A stretch of 61,710 nt of DNA, filler included, from Choristocarpus tenellus KU-1152 (GCA_964200185.2; 13 parts of 13 records of this genome joined end to end with filler, not necessarily neighbours in it), one strand, 5' to 3'. Positions 1 to 12,468 are shown, counted from the first letter of the whole stretch. Notes: a model not told the origin generated them from the sequence alone. Made by a program: numbers and translations.

Positions 1-54
1 AAAAAAGAGAAGAAGAGAGGAGGGGGGGGGGGAGGGGGGAAGGGGAGGGGGGAA

Positions 55-94
<40 letters not shown>

Positions 95-642
95 TCTCAA
101 CCTTTCGATAATATAAAACCGAGACCATTAAAACTACACAAAAGATAATACCGCATTCACTCCAAAGTTCATCAAGTGTACCGACCTCAGTATGAGGTGT
201 CACAAACCCGTGGTCAAGAGGTGAAGCGCTCGCAGAGAGGTAGTGTAGACAAGAGGAAAAAGTTGAGAAACAAGAAAAAAAACGAAAAATTGTAGACGAT
301 AGGCAACCAGGGCATCACTCCATCTCCACCGCATTAGTACATATTAACCAGAAGAGAGCGTTAATAGGACTAACTGTCGAGTGTGCCCTACAACAAGTGC
401 CAGTTTGTACCCCACTGCTGCTCCTGCAGACACACATACATGGCACTCACCCATTGCTTCTCTTTGTGCACAGCCCTTGAGGGACAGCAACGAAAAAAAA
501 TGAAAAAAACTACGTAGAGCATCATCAGCGCCAACACAAAAATCTCCTCCATAGCAACAGTAAGTAGTCCTCAAATCCTCCCCTTCATTTCGTACCGGAT
601 AAAACAAACTACACATTTTTTTTTGACATTCCCACACACGGA

Positions 643-728
643 TGAACACAATTGTAACACAATGATAGCCACGCCGCAAGGTGCTTGAACACAATTGTAA
701 CACAATGATAGCCACGCCGCAAGGTGCT
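643..728. repeat. Tandem duplication, 43 bp x2
   Basis: TGAACACAATTGTAACACAATGATAGCCACGCCGCAAGGTGCT at 643 and at 686. Confidence 0.9.
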
Positions 729-1829
729 AAGTTACACCACAATCACTGCGCACAAGAACTGCACTCTACAACGCCGCCGAGGACGGCACAAGTTGTGGAG
801 AAAAAAAAATAAGGTCTGTCGGCAAAAGACGAAAGTCGACAACGCCTGCCTGTTTGTTGCTCAAGCAGCATCCTTGAACTCCCTGCTCTGCCCAAATAAC
901 GCAGAACATTCCATGATTGGCACTGCAATGAATTGAATTGGTATGCTATGTGGATATCATCGGATTCCAAAAAAGTGTTAAAAGCGTTACGTTGTCACAC
1001 AACGTATCATCGTCCCTATCGCCACCCCATCATGTTCCCCACCATATCTGTTCACCAACGGTCTCATCATCAGATCGGCCAGGTTCAGTAACCATGACTG
1101 AAGCCCCACGCTGGCTCTTTCCAGTGGCCTTTCGCCTCGGCCTCTGGCGAAGTACTGTGTGCATGTCCCTACTTCAACAAGACCGGCATCAAAATGAGAC
1201 ACACAAATGCGTATCCAATTAACGCGCAGAAGTGCAGCATTACAGCAAGCAAAAATATATCGGCTCATCCTCGACACTTTCTTGCGTTCCCAACATCTCG
1301 AGCCTTTTACACCATTCTGCTCGGTCATCCTTAGCACGCATTCCACCAATCTACTCCACACACCATGATACCATCACTACTGGTAGAATTAAGCCTCAAC
1401 ATTAACTGTCCCGCCCCCCCAACCCCCCACCCCGCCCCCAACAAGTATGGTCACAATTTATACAACCCCTTTTTCTGCCAGCTCACCCTTGAGCCTTAGG
1501 TTCTCGAGCCAAACGATCGAATGCTGGGGCGTCCACTCGTGAGCGATATGGAACTACCATTGCGATGGGGCAGTTGACTATGTCGTTGAGCTCCTCTCCA
1601 TCCACATGGAATTTACTCAAGAGTTCCTGCAGTGGGAGGCAATCTGTTTTAAGGGATGACTGGGAGCATCAAGGTATCACCAGTACTTGGGAGGGAAAGT
1701 GTGTGCAGGAAGGCATGTGGCACTTGATGGAGTGATGCAAAGCTGTAGTACTGGAAGCTTCGATTATGATGGTTCACTTTGATTGGAGGTGGGGTTTATC
1801 GAGGGGAAAGGAGTCTGTACGTAGTGGGG

Positions 1830-2700
1830 ACAGCTAGTAGAGTAAGTGTCTTCCAGTAGTGTGAAACGATGGGCCAAGTGTCCTGAAATGAAAACAAGGG
1901 CAATGCCGATGCCACCACACACTTGCTTCTCGAAAACCGAAAACTCCAGGATTATGCTTCTTCCAAGCTACAGAATCATCACAGAGAATCTCAAAAACCT
2001 GCGGCTTCTCGAAGTAAAAGAAAGATTCCACACAGTACAAGTTTGCCTTGTTCCTCACCTCGGTTGCATGATCAGCATCAACAGAGACTAGCACGAACAT
2101 CTGTGGGTAGTTTCCAAATGACGCCAGATTTTCCTTTTCGAAGTCGGCATCGCAAACACCCGATTTATGGAAGAGAACGAACGCCTCCCTGTTCAGAGTG
2201 TTATCCGATGCTTTGCGTAAGATTGGTGAGAGAAAACTTGAAGATTGTACCCATTAGAACTCTGTGGTTGAGATCAACTACAACGTGTTACATCTTATAC
2301 CAAAGTTTCATCTAATCTGTAACTGCGAACAAGGCGCCCTTTGTCCATGATACCTAAAATCAAACAACTCTTCGTTGCAGAGAAATTGGAGTTGTTCCGT
2401 GATTGGATATTTAATACAATTTTCCTTGAAGTATTGCGAATTAGAACAGCCCTAAAACACCCGAGGTTATCTGTTGGATCATTGGCGTCCGTGTGTGTGC
2501 CTTATTTCCCCCACAGGAAATTCGATCTCCAAGACATTAGGATCCCATCGACATAAACGCTGTATTCCAGACTCCTCACCCCACCCCTCCCAGATGCAAA
2601 ATTAGAATTTGGAACATGACCCCACCTTCCGAATCTTTCTCCTGTGTCGAAGTCGACCCCTACCCCAACCGTGCTTACAAAGCCAGGGTAATCTACAACC
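1830..2700 (-). pseudogene. Degenerate coding relic, possibly the N-terminal region of a CxC/KDZ-type transposase
   Basis: Frameshifted, stop-riddled protein-like segments (QFLCNEELFDFRYHGQ/GALFAVTD...; QVCGGIGIALVF). They loosely resemble the C..YDG..GLF and VVxDGxxLGF patterns of CxC-KDZ proteins. Confidence 0.2.
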
Positions 2701-3297
2701 ACAACAGGGGCTTCACGACTGCTCACTCTGGGCAGTAACAAAGACACAAGAGTCAATGTCAATGAAGTCAAGAGGGTCTTGGTGAGAGTCATACTTTGCT
2801 CTAGTGATCTTGACTCCTTCTCCGTAGCTCAGTCACAGGTTAGAAGTCTCGATGTAATGGTTACAGAGTTGCAATGGTTCCTCCAAATACTATTTAATCA
2901 TTTTTGTGTGATAAATAGACTTTTGTGCTTTGTCTCTCAACAACTACAACATAGAGCTAGTTGGAATTTCTAGTCACGACCTAATAAATTGCATTACTGT
3001 ATCTTATTTGTACAAGGTTGTGTCGAATTGGTCAATGGGTTGGATATATTCGTATTAAAGGGGATTGGGCAACTTCTTCAACTTAATATTAAGAATACCA
3101 AATACGTGTAGAGAACGTATGACATAAGAAAAGTTTCTTAGAGATGAGGATGTATGAATAGGTAGAGGCCTTACAAGGTATGAAACTCCTTTTTTTTGTT
3201 TTTTCTGTCATCTTATTGGTTCGTTTTGTGAAACAGGTGGAAACAGCCGACAGGTTCTTCGTAATGAAGGGGAGCGGGAAGACCCACAGGAGGACAG

Positions 3298-3397
3298 NNN
3301 NNNNNNNNNNNNNNNNNNNNNNNNNNNNNNNNNNNNNNNNNTTAATTAATTAANNNNNNNNNNNNNNNNNNNNNNNNNNNNNNNNNNNNNNNNNNNN
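3298..3397. other. Artificial contig-joining spacer (N44-TTAATTAATTAA-N44), first of 12
   Basis: Identical 100-nt cassettes at 3298, 8614, 13496, 17605, 26261, 31077, 35625, 38719, 46038, 50966, 54988 and 58832. TTAATTAATTAA has stops in all six frames. A separate 10-N gap lies at 54096-54105. Confidence 0.97.
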
Positions 3398-3551
3398 CGA
3401 GTTTGTACCTGATGATCCTCGACCCCCACCTTTTCTAGAAGCTGAGATTATCAACCCGATTTCATTCTGTGGGGTTATCATCCGATTCGGCGCGGTTCTC
3501 GCTTGGCGAGTCCTGATGTATCGCAGCATAAACTTATCGCACAGAGGTTAT

Positions 3552-3670
3552 ATATATTTTACCTACTCCAAACATTTTGGAGTAGGTAAAATGTCATTAT
3601 AAACCGTGGAAAGCCAAGCCCCAAATGGACAAAAAGGGCAAAACTCGTACCCTCCAAGATACTTTCACTC
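3552..3670 (+). mobile_element. MITE family A, right-half fragment
   Basis: Carries the internal hairpin ATTTTACCTACTCCAAA-CAT-TTTGGAGTAGGTAAAAT and the right TIR ...TACCCTCCAAGATACTTTCACTC. Confidence 0.85.
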
Positions 3671-3829
3671 GTGTGCGTAATTTCAGTTCAACGTTTCACC
3701 CGTCAATGCGGCGTCGCGCTCGCTCTTCATTTCTTCAATACATAAATCGTGACGCGAACGATATCAATACCACACAGCCCACGCCATCACCCCTCATAAT
3801 TCCCTCTCAGGATACGGGGATTTAAAAGA

Positions 3830-5400
3830 CCCTCAAACAGCAGTACCCTTCGATCCTGGACGAAATCCAGGACCAACCAAACCTTGAATCCATTCCTCTC
3901 TATGCTTGTCGACCATGATGGACCACTCGAGGGTGAAGGAGACAGATACACTTAGAACGATCTTGCCACCTGGTTCTTGGACGAGGATACGAAGTTTGCA
4001 CCCTTGGCGAGCACACTGTAAGGTGTACTGGCTCAGGAAAAACGTATATCCACACCTGATGCCCAGACCTTCCCTCGATTGTATCAAGAAGGATCTTAGC
4101 ACCAAACACACTCGCTTTATGTACAACTCCATCCCGCTAGGCATTGCTCTTGATGTTAAACTACTTGAGGACAGGGTGACGTCCACGTACCAACCTTGTC
4201 TTTTGGACAAGGCAAAAACAATATAACATCAAGATCAAGAGACGCCGAGATCCTCGGCAATGAAACGCTCGGAATTTATCCAAGATATAGAGGAGCAATC
4301 TCATCTCTGTGCTTCGCCTGTACGTGACACCGAAGGATCGTCTCCTGTTTCCGGCACCCATGGCCTGCTGTCCTCTGCATCGGGCACCAACACCAGGTAC
4401 GAAAGTATGTCGGTACAAACCTCTAGACAGCATGTCTTATACCTGGACTCGAGCACAGGATCCCGTCCCCTGTACGCTCGACAATAAATAATTCGAAAAT
4501 ATGTGACACAAGACGTGCGACCAGGGTCATCTATTTCATGGTCTAACAAATGCCCCTTCCTTATGTGTTCCCGATTCTTAGGACAAAAAAAGAGAGAGCA
4601 AGGCTATCTGATGTGATGAGGGACAGCTCCTCGCGATGGTTCAGTGTGAATCATCCTGAAACACATGTGCTTGGCATCACCGTCTGAGAGAGCAACAGCA
4701 CTGCCATGCCCCACAACCCGATCACGCCCCATGATTACACCAAGGGCATGCATTCGCTGGATCCGCACACCAACAAGAAAGTGCGCCATCCGTACACACT
4801 GTGTCAACAGCACGCTCAGAGGTATTGCGCATAAATAACTCATATCACTCGAAGTGAGGTACATCCTTCATCAACACCTGCTTCGGGACTGCCACAGATA
4901 TTCACTATTCTCTAGTGAAACTAAAAAAATACGTATGTTGGCACCCATATACTAACAGGGTACAGATCGGGACGGACGACGATGTCTAAGCGAACTTCAG
5001 GGAGAGAATTGAGATCGAGGCAACGTCCGGACCGGTACCCTGCCTGTCAGCATTCGTGAAATGGAGGCCATTATACATCGCAAAGGTCACACCAAGGCGT
5101 ACTGCAAGAAATAGTTGTACGTACAGGGACCTAGAAAATAGCACTGCATAAGGATTCCATGGTTCTATACCACCGCCAGCTGTTGAGTCCCATTCCGGCT
5201 CATCCACCACCCACCACATGATACACACCGTCTCCGTTCTTCCCCTCTTGCACACAATACAGAACATGCGTTTGCATTCACCAAATGACCAGTGCTGGTT
5301 CAGTCCCTTAGGGAGAACTGGAACAAAGTACACTCGAGGACGATTATTAATGATGATGGACATTGAGCTTGCGTGTGCGACTGCGACGTCTGTGACAGGG
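3830..5400 (-). pseudogene. Degenerate coding relic, possibly CxC/KDZ-type transposase
   Basis: 175-aa ORF with CKRMFCIVC...WDSTAGGGIEPWNPYAVLFSRSLY...LGVTF, followed in a shifted frame by VDTVCTDG. No catalytic core was recognised. Confidence 0.25.
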
Positions 5401-6239
5401 GGAAAGGGTGCGACTCCAAAAAAGTCAAGTCTGCACTCAGGCGAATAGCGCGAGCATTTCTTCTCATGTTTTAGCAAAAACGAACACTTGTTACAGGCGA
5501 ATAATGCGAGCAAATGATTAATTCTCGCCTTCTAACAAGCGCGAAAAGTATACGAGATTAGTAACACTTAGCCTCACAGAATAACTGCTGATTTCGTAGA
5601 AGATACAGAGTAAGATTCGTAATGCATACATTACATTACGGAAGAAAATGTCAAAGTTCCTAAGAAGTTGCAGAATAAAGGTTTACGAGTGGAGTACGTA
5701 TACAGCAGTTGCATAGAAGACCAAAGAAATTGGGTGGATGATGAAAATAATCAAAGGGCTTTTGGTCAAACCACCACCACTTAAAACAGTTTTTTTTATC
5801 TTGCACTTAACATTGAGTCGAGCTTTGAGCTACGCACTGAGTGGAGTATCGAGAGAAAAGACTGCCTGACACCCATCAAACTGTCACTAAGGGCAACGTC
5901 CCCATAGCGTCGTTTTAAGGTCGTTGGATTTGAGTTATACATCCTGCGGAGGTGAGTTCTGGGGCGCGCTGTAACATATAATGGACTTCCTCCTGTATGT
6001 TTTGGTGCGAGAGGCCACACCAATCTCCTCAATAATTTCACCACGACAAGGTGTACCACAGATACCATGCTCTCCCAGCGCAAACACACACACCAGACGC
6101 CTGATATCCTTTCACGTTCATCTTGTTGTATATATATATGCCAATTGTGCCTCGCGTTCCAAAGTAACACGTAATTTCATACCCAAGTCCAGACGTTGAC
6201 AAAAGATCTCATCACCCTTAAAAATCAAATCGTAAAAGG

Positions 6240-8580
6240 TGAGAGAAGACTGTACTGGAGCCCCTCTGCGAACAGTTGACGGGCAGTTCAGAAGGTGGTT
6301 ACAAAAGTTCTTGTGTGGACAGTACACATGTGAGAAGTGCCGTTGGAAATCTCATTCCATCTGGAAGTGCCCTTGCATCCTCAGCTCAAGCAGTACCAAG
6401 TTTACATGGAATCAGCTCGTCTACACATACACCCCTGTTCTGGAGGCGGACCTGAAAAGAAAGACTTCACAGGAGATCAAGGTATGACTTGTGTACATCC
6501 ACGACCAACTCTTTATTGCCACATGACACCTAACCCAATCCCCCTTCGTGTGGTGTCTTGGGCATAGAGACCAAAATATCTCGTAAATTATGCCATGATT
6601 TGTATGATGTGTCGGTCCCTAATGCTGCACATAATCTAAGTCTTCACATGCTGTTCCCAAGGCACTGTCCTCCAGTATTGGTGTCACCGCCCCCAACGAG
6701 GCGACGAAGAACAAAACGATTGACAGGATCAAGGGAAAGTACGCAGACTTGAGGGCCAGGAATCTCATAACCGATAACTTCACCCTCACCACCTGTATGA
6801 CGGGAGAGTCTGGCTCCGACCCCCGGAGCAGCACAACCGAGGAGAATGACGACGAAGACGTCACAGGGTCCACGGATAAGCATAACAGGAGGTGAAAAGG
6901 TGATTCTGTTATTAGGATCAAAGGATCGTCTGCACTGCATGTGTGTAACGATGTATTCATCCAACAGTAGGCAAATCCTCCAACCCAAACTCAACATACA
7001 CGCAGCTGTACCGCAACAAAACGTTGATAATGGTGACAGTGAGACAAATTTATCAAAAAAAAAATGCAACCATTGCTCCCCGCACATTCAGGTACTGTTC
7101 GCACGGACAGGGAGCTTCCCAACACTTGTAGAGGTTCTCTTCGCCAACTTCTCCAAGATTTTTTTCCTCCATCACTACACCACCATCTGGCAGACGCGAT
7201 AATACAAACACTGCAAATCCCGCCTCCCAAGAAACAAAAGACCACACTGCTATGTCCATCAACTTCAATTCCCACCTTCCACAACCACCAAGACTTGATT
7301 CAACAGGAGTTCTTCAATCTTTTCTTGGCAGCGCTCTTGCCCATTGTTTGGTGGTTGAGGGACCTCAGGGAAGAGAGGAATCTGGGAAAGGGAAGAATCT
7401 GGGCTCACAGCACTTCGATATGTAGCGAGGGCCGAAGCTAGGACAACAAATTTGTTCAGAAAGATATGGAGATGTTTGAAAAGAACCACCTAATACCTTC
7501 GGCCCAGGAGTATGGACAAATCCTTGATGCCCTCCACATCAGGTCTGATGGTTGTGAAAGTCAATTCAAAAACAGGTGGCAAATGTGATGGGTTTCTCAG
7601 TCCGTTGTGCGGATGGGGATTTTGGTAATACACAACTTCTTCTCCTCCTGCCACAACAAGTCCATGTCTGATGGAGTTGGGGCTGTGGTGAAGTCTGCCG
7701 CTAGGAGGCTGCAGCTAGACAGGGTATGGATGCCGGGAACATCATCCCTGGTGGGGATTTTCAAGGCGACCAAGACACAGTACACGTTAAGGGGATCCGA
7801 CACCGGAGGAAGACTTGTGCCACAGCGAGATGCACAAGGTTCCTCCTGGACAGACAGTCGTAACTAAGGACGGTACCCTACATACACGCACTCCTCGAAC
7901 TTGTGCGTTTCTCCTCTACTTCCACTAATCCTAACCCCCTTGGCCACAACTGGATTTACTAACATGGTAGATCTCATAATGATATATGCTACAGACATGC
8001 CTGTCCTTATAGTGAGAAAACACGCAATGAGAGAATCATCTGTACGCGCTTCTAAACCCATCCCAGGATGTTCAGTTTCAATACACTCATCCCATCAAAT
8101 TGTGCATTTCTCTGCCAAACAACTCATACATGCTAAACAACACATTGTGGATTATTTACATATCACCAACTGCGCTAAAATTGCTGTTTCTTTCAACAAT
8201 AAGTTCATCACACTCTCCGTAATGTTTGAATCACATCGGATCACTCACAACATGCTGCTCGCGTACTCAAGGAGATCAACATGTACCTCTTCTTTCCTGA
8301 CACACACCGACACTTTACCCCTTAGGACTGGACAGAGAGCGAGGGCAGACTGCACAGTACCATGTTCGCGAAGCTTCTCCAAAAGGACATTCAGAAGCCA
8401 GGAGATTCACCCTCTGGCCTACAAGATCAACCATTCGGGACGACATGATCCATGTATCCGAAACTTCGGTGGCATAAAGTCCATGCACAGGTTCTTTAGG
8501 GGTCGACAGACCAACGGCAACTTTTGTAAATTGATGTGCAGTGAGATGTCATGATATTGCACGAACTGTTCTGTCGGCAA
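6240..8580 (+). pseudogene. Sola2-like DDD transposase pseudogene, apparently intron-containing
   Basis: About 7420-7800 reads (with stops and frameshifts) ICSEGRS*DNKFVQK...LHIRSDGCESQFKNRW...IHNFFSSCHNKSMSDGVGAVVKSAARR. This matches the Sola2 SDGxxxQ(F/Y)KN and FFxxxHGKxxxDGxGxxVK catalytic motifs. There is an upstream Cys cluster (CGQYTCEKC, about 6313) and a downstream GIKSMHRF...MS*YCTNC (about 8470-8570). Confidence 0.7.
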
Positions 8581-8585
8581 CCTTG

Positions 8586-8613
8586 GACCCAAAGTATCTG
8601 GGGGGGAGGGAGG
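8586..8613. mobile_element. MITE family B terminal repeat at a contig end
   Basis: GACCCAAAGTATCTGGGGGGG runs into the gap. Confidence 0.75.
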
Positions 8614-8713
8614 NNNNNNNNNNNNNNNNNNNNNNNNNNNNNNNNNNNNNNNNNNNNTTAATTAATTAANNNNNNNNNNNNNNNNNNNNNNNNNNNNNNN
8701 NNNNNNNNNNNNN

Positions 8714-8945
8714 CGCGTCCATTTGGGGGCCAAAATCAAATGTTGCGATTTTGGTGTAATTTTGGCTATCGTGTTTGCTAGGAAGTGTCAATATCCTTAG
8801 TCTGGACACACAATTTCATAACGAATACATTTTACCTACTCCGAAATATTTTGGAGTAGGAAAATGTCACAAAAAAAAACATGGGAAGTCAAGCCCCAAA
8901 TGGACAAACAGGGCAAAACTCGCACCCTCTAAGATACTTTCACTC
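8714..8945 (+). mobile_element. MITE family A, left TIR lost in the gap
   Basis: Colinear with the copy at 56179-56439; ends ...CCCTCTAAGATACTTTCACTC. Confidence 0.9.
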
Positions 8946-9270
8946 AACCATAACGCCTTGTTATTCTTCGTGTGTGTGGCATGTGCCGTACGCACTGCCT
9001 CCCCCGAGATGGTGGTGGGTGTTTCAGGAATCTCGTAGTCCCTCGTCATCTTGTACAAACCCTTTCCACCAGTGTAGGCGATCAATGACAGTCTCCAAGT
9101 TGACCAGGTCTCCAATGACCTTCCTGTGACCCCCGTCCAGACAGCAAGTTTCTTCAGGTCAGTCTCCATACTACCAAGGCCCATAACCTGTGCAAATTTA
9201 CCTTGGGAGGTAATGCTACTTATCAGTGGTGAAGACAAGAAGGTTTGAGGCCTCACATGACCCCCTTCGC
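8946..9270 (-). pseudogene. Coding relic truncated by a MITE, possibly the pre-catalytic region of a KDZ transposase
   Basis: LIAYTGGKGLYKMTRDYE followed by frameshifted YGTCHTH. Resemblance judged by eye only. Confidence 0.25.
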
Positions 9271-9730
9271 TGGACGTGAAAAGAATGGATGGTTGAAATT
9301 AGAAGAGTGACCTTTGTGGGGTGTCTTCTCATTGTTTATTATTATTTGTGTTTCGCTACCTAATTCAAAGTAGTTACATCACATGGATTTAATTCAACAC
9401 AATAACCTCATATATACAAAATAAAGTACACCTCACTATTGTCCTATTTTGCCCAAATTGCACAGGTGTCACCAGATCTTGAAGTAGAAGAGCTGCGGAA
9501 GAGTATTGGAAGTGCATATGGTGTATGTAGAGAATCATCATACATGAACAGTTTGTTTGGTGTCATTTTGACAAGAGGGAAGGATATTGTCCTGCCTCCT
9601 TTTCCTTAGAAGCACACTATGAAGTCCGTGTGATGCACACTTTTCCTGTAATGATTCAACTCAATGGATTACAATACAGTCCTTACTAGTCAACCGTCAT
9701 TTCGTGCTGTATGTTGTGGAGTATCTATTA

Positions 9731-11712
9731 TTTCCTCCGTTCGGAATTAAACGCAACATAACTATTGCAGCCCCGATGAAGAAGTAAGATTTTGTTTTCA
9801 CCTGTTCATTTTCTATGGGTGTTTTGTGCGGACACTAACAGGTTGCCCACCAAATTCTCAACCAAAATGGGGCAGTCTACACCCAATCTATGATTCTGCC
9901 CCCAAAGTCCTCCAAAATTCCATTCCAGCACACTATTTCGCTGCATCCATTGGGGCATTCAGGGGAGCTTGCGTTCCTTTTCAGTCATTTCCTTGCTACA
10001 ATGAGACAATTCGAAGATGCTGTCATTCTTGGACTGTGAAGATGCTTTGCTAGACGCACTCTAGTGTCTACTGGGGGTACACATTGAGCGCCTCCATTGT
10101 AGCCTCCACCAGCTCCTCTGTTTGTCACCCCCACCTCTTCCTTCAGTTGCTAGATGGAATCAAAGAATCCCAGGTCGTTTAAGTTGAGGTGAGGTGAGTT
10201 GGCTGGCTAGGTCTCTATGACAATGTTGTCCCCTGCCGTCTCCTCAGTTACCTCCAGGATCCCGCACATGGTGTGTGGGTTTGCCCGTCATGCTGCACAA
10301 AGATAGTGTGTCCTTCCAGCCTAAAGCATACGGGCCTTCATTGCCAGGATGACATCCTCAATCATGATCTTCTTATATATCTCCCCTTTGAATGTGGCTG
10401 GCACAAGCACCTTGGAGCCCTTGGCCCGGTGTTTGCTGGAGTGCTCAGCAACCTTAGTTACCACAATTGACCAGATCCCAATTTTAACATTAAACCACAC
10501 CCCAATGGAGAGTTTCCTAGGGCGGTTCACAGATGCAAGGAACATCATCTTCAAAATGTAATGGTTATTCTGTGCCCATGGGGGTTTGGGTGTATCCTCA
10601 GAGGGGTGCAGGTACACACCTTGCCCATCTTTGGGATGTAAAGAGTGAAAGTATCTTAAAGGGTACGAATTTTGCCCTATTTGTCCATTCGGGGCTTGGC
10701 TTCCCATTGGTATTTATGGCATTTTCCTACTCTGAAATGTTTCGAAGTAGGTAAAATGTATGTGTTATGTAAAGGTGTGTTCGGAACAAAGATATTGAAA
10801 CTTCCTAACAAACTTAATAGCCAAAGTTACATCAAAATTGCAACATTGGATTTTGGCCCCCAAACGGACGCAGCTCTACCCTCTAAGATACTTTGACTCT
10901 AAAACCACTTCTCGTCCACATGCACCCAGTCATATAGACCATTCAATAATACCCCACTTCCCCCCCTCCTGTGCGTGTGGTTGATCACGAAACCCACCCT
11001 GTTGACTTCTGCTGTCCTGAGAGGACTGGCAGAATCCACTGCTTGACCTTCACTTTCTCAAAATTGTACAGATCCCACAACAAGGTAAGGCAGGCCCCAA
11101 CTTTGACCCCCCATTTGCGGAAGGATATCCGATGTTCCAATGGGATATCCCAAACTCCGAGGATACTTGTACAGCTGCCTCATCATCCCTTGATGTCATA
11201 CAAGGTCCATGCATTCACCATGCGCGATCTGACTGTCATAGTCCAAAAAATGACGGAACACAGTGATTCGGGAAATTCTGAAGTCCTCAGCGATGGTTGC
11301 CACCATCCGCTGGGAAGTCTGAGTCTCACACCCTCTCACCTCCAGGCATTGCACCACCATACTGTTCTTCATTGAGTTGTTTGAGTCTGGACTTGGACAG
11401 ACTTCTGGGTCGAAGAATTGGGACCAACAGGCAACGATGTGATGAGCAAGTCGCTGGAATGACAGTGGACTTTTGTCCGAGTCATCCCAATAAACACCCG
11501 CTTTGCCAGTTTTTGAACCCCATCAAATTTGACTCGGTCGACTTTGCACTGGTGATCCTCCACAGTCATGACAGCCCAACACCTCAAACTTTGCACGCCT
11601 CCCAATCTCTATGAGAACTGATCCTCGCCCAGAGGGTTTACCACGTGGGTTGTTCCCGTGCGAGAACAGACCTTGCAAAAGGTATGTTTCATTTAATTCC
11701 GAACGCAGAAAG
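9731..11712 (-). mobile_element. Tc1/mariner element (plant-mariner/DD39D-like clade) with both TIRs and a decayed transposase
   Basis: About 39-bp imperfect TIRs: TTTCCTCCGTTCGGAATTAAACGCAACATAACTATTGCA and TGCAAAAGGTATGTTTCATTTAATTCCGAACGCAGAAAG, each flanked by TA. Minus-strand motifs: WVHVDEKWF, KMMFLASVNRPR, KIGIW, QHDG..PHT, PANSPHLNLNDLGFF. Multiple stops and frameshifts. Confidence 0.9.
10643..10899 (-). mobile_element. MITE family A, complete, TSD TAAA, nested in the mariner transposase
   Basis: GAGTGAAAGTATCTTAAAGGGTAC...CTACCCTCTAAGATACTTTGACTC with TAAA on both sides. It interrupts the transposase just after DEKWF. Confidence 0.95.
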
Positions 11713-12401
11713 TACTCCACGATTTTTCATTTGCGACTTCCTCTCTTGATCGTTTGATTGGTCATGCGATTAACTGCTCACTACATAATATATTTTCTGA
11801 TACTTCTCCACCAACGTTGATCTCAGTGCTTTGACATGCACTTGGTTACATTGTTTCTTGCATGATTTCACATGCTTGCAGACCAGACCCAACACCTCTT
11901 TGGCATCTCACTGAGTATTTTGTGTATATACACTAGTGTTGCAGGCACTTGAGAGTTGAATTCACCGAACAGCAGAGTTGACAAATATTAAACACGGTCT
12001 TAGCAGGCGGTGGCAGTAGACAAGGCTATGGATATGGTTCTAAGCAACAAGTGCATTGTGAAAATACCTCTTAATAGTAGGTTTCAAAGTCTTCGAGAAA
12101 CACGTAACACCATACCAACCCCCACCGATTTTTTCCTGGAAAGAAAGGGAGAGCACTGATCTTCCACTTGCTTAGTTGTGGTATTAGCAAGCAGTACTTC
12201 CTCCCTCTCCTCTCGTTTCAGACTTTGTGTCAACAAAAAGGAACGACTGAGTTACAGCAACAGCAGTAGCAAGGCTCTCCAAAAGTGTAGTATATAAACG
12301 CCGCACTAACTGGTACTATAGCTGGCCCCTACTCTATGAATTAGTCATGCTCAATCGCCGGATCTCCACCACAGAGCTCATGGCATGTGAGAAACACCTG
12401 A

Positions 12402-12402
<1 letters not shown>

Positions 12403-12468
<66 letters not shown>
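12403..12468. repeat. (CAAG)n microsatellite, about 16 units
   Basis: Read directly from the sequence. Confidence 0.95.

Noticed and set aside
88-106. GGGGTTTCTCAACCTT resembling a hAT TIR
   Set aside because: It is preceded by poly-G at the contig end, with no partner TIR or TSD.
3342-3353. Recurrent TTAATTAATTAA as a biological repeat or piggyBac/Kolobok target
   Set aside because: It is always centred in exactly 44+44 Ns, so it is an artificial six-frame stop linker.
4021-4044. TGSGKT P-loop-like motif
   Set aside because: It is isolated in a short stop-bounded frame with no other NTPase motifs.
8881-9129. Recurring small ORFs starting MGSQAPNGQ (also 10321..10707 and 56375..56587)
   Set aside because: They are incidental translations of MITE family A sequence, not a gene family.
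9731-11712. Fanzor/TnpB cargo inside the mariner or elsewhere in the window
   Set aside because: The element is fully accounted for by TIRs, UTRs, transposase and one MITE. No RuvC or zinc-finger motifs were seen in any ORF.
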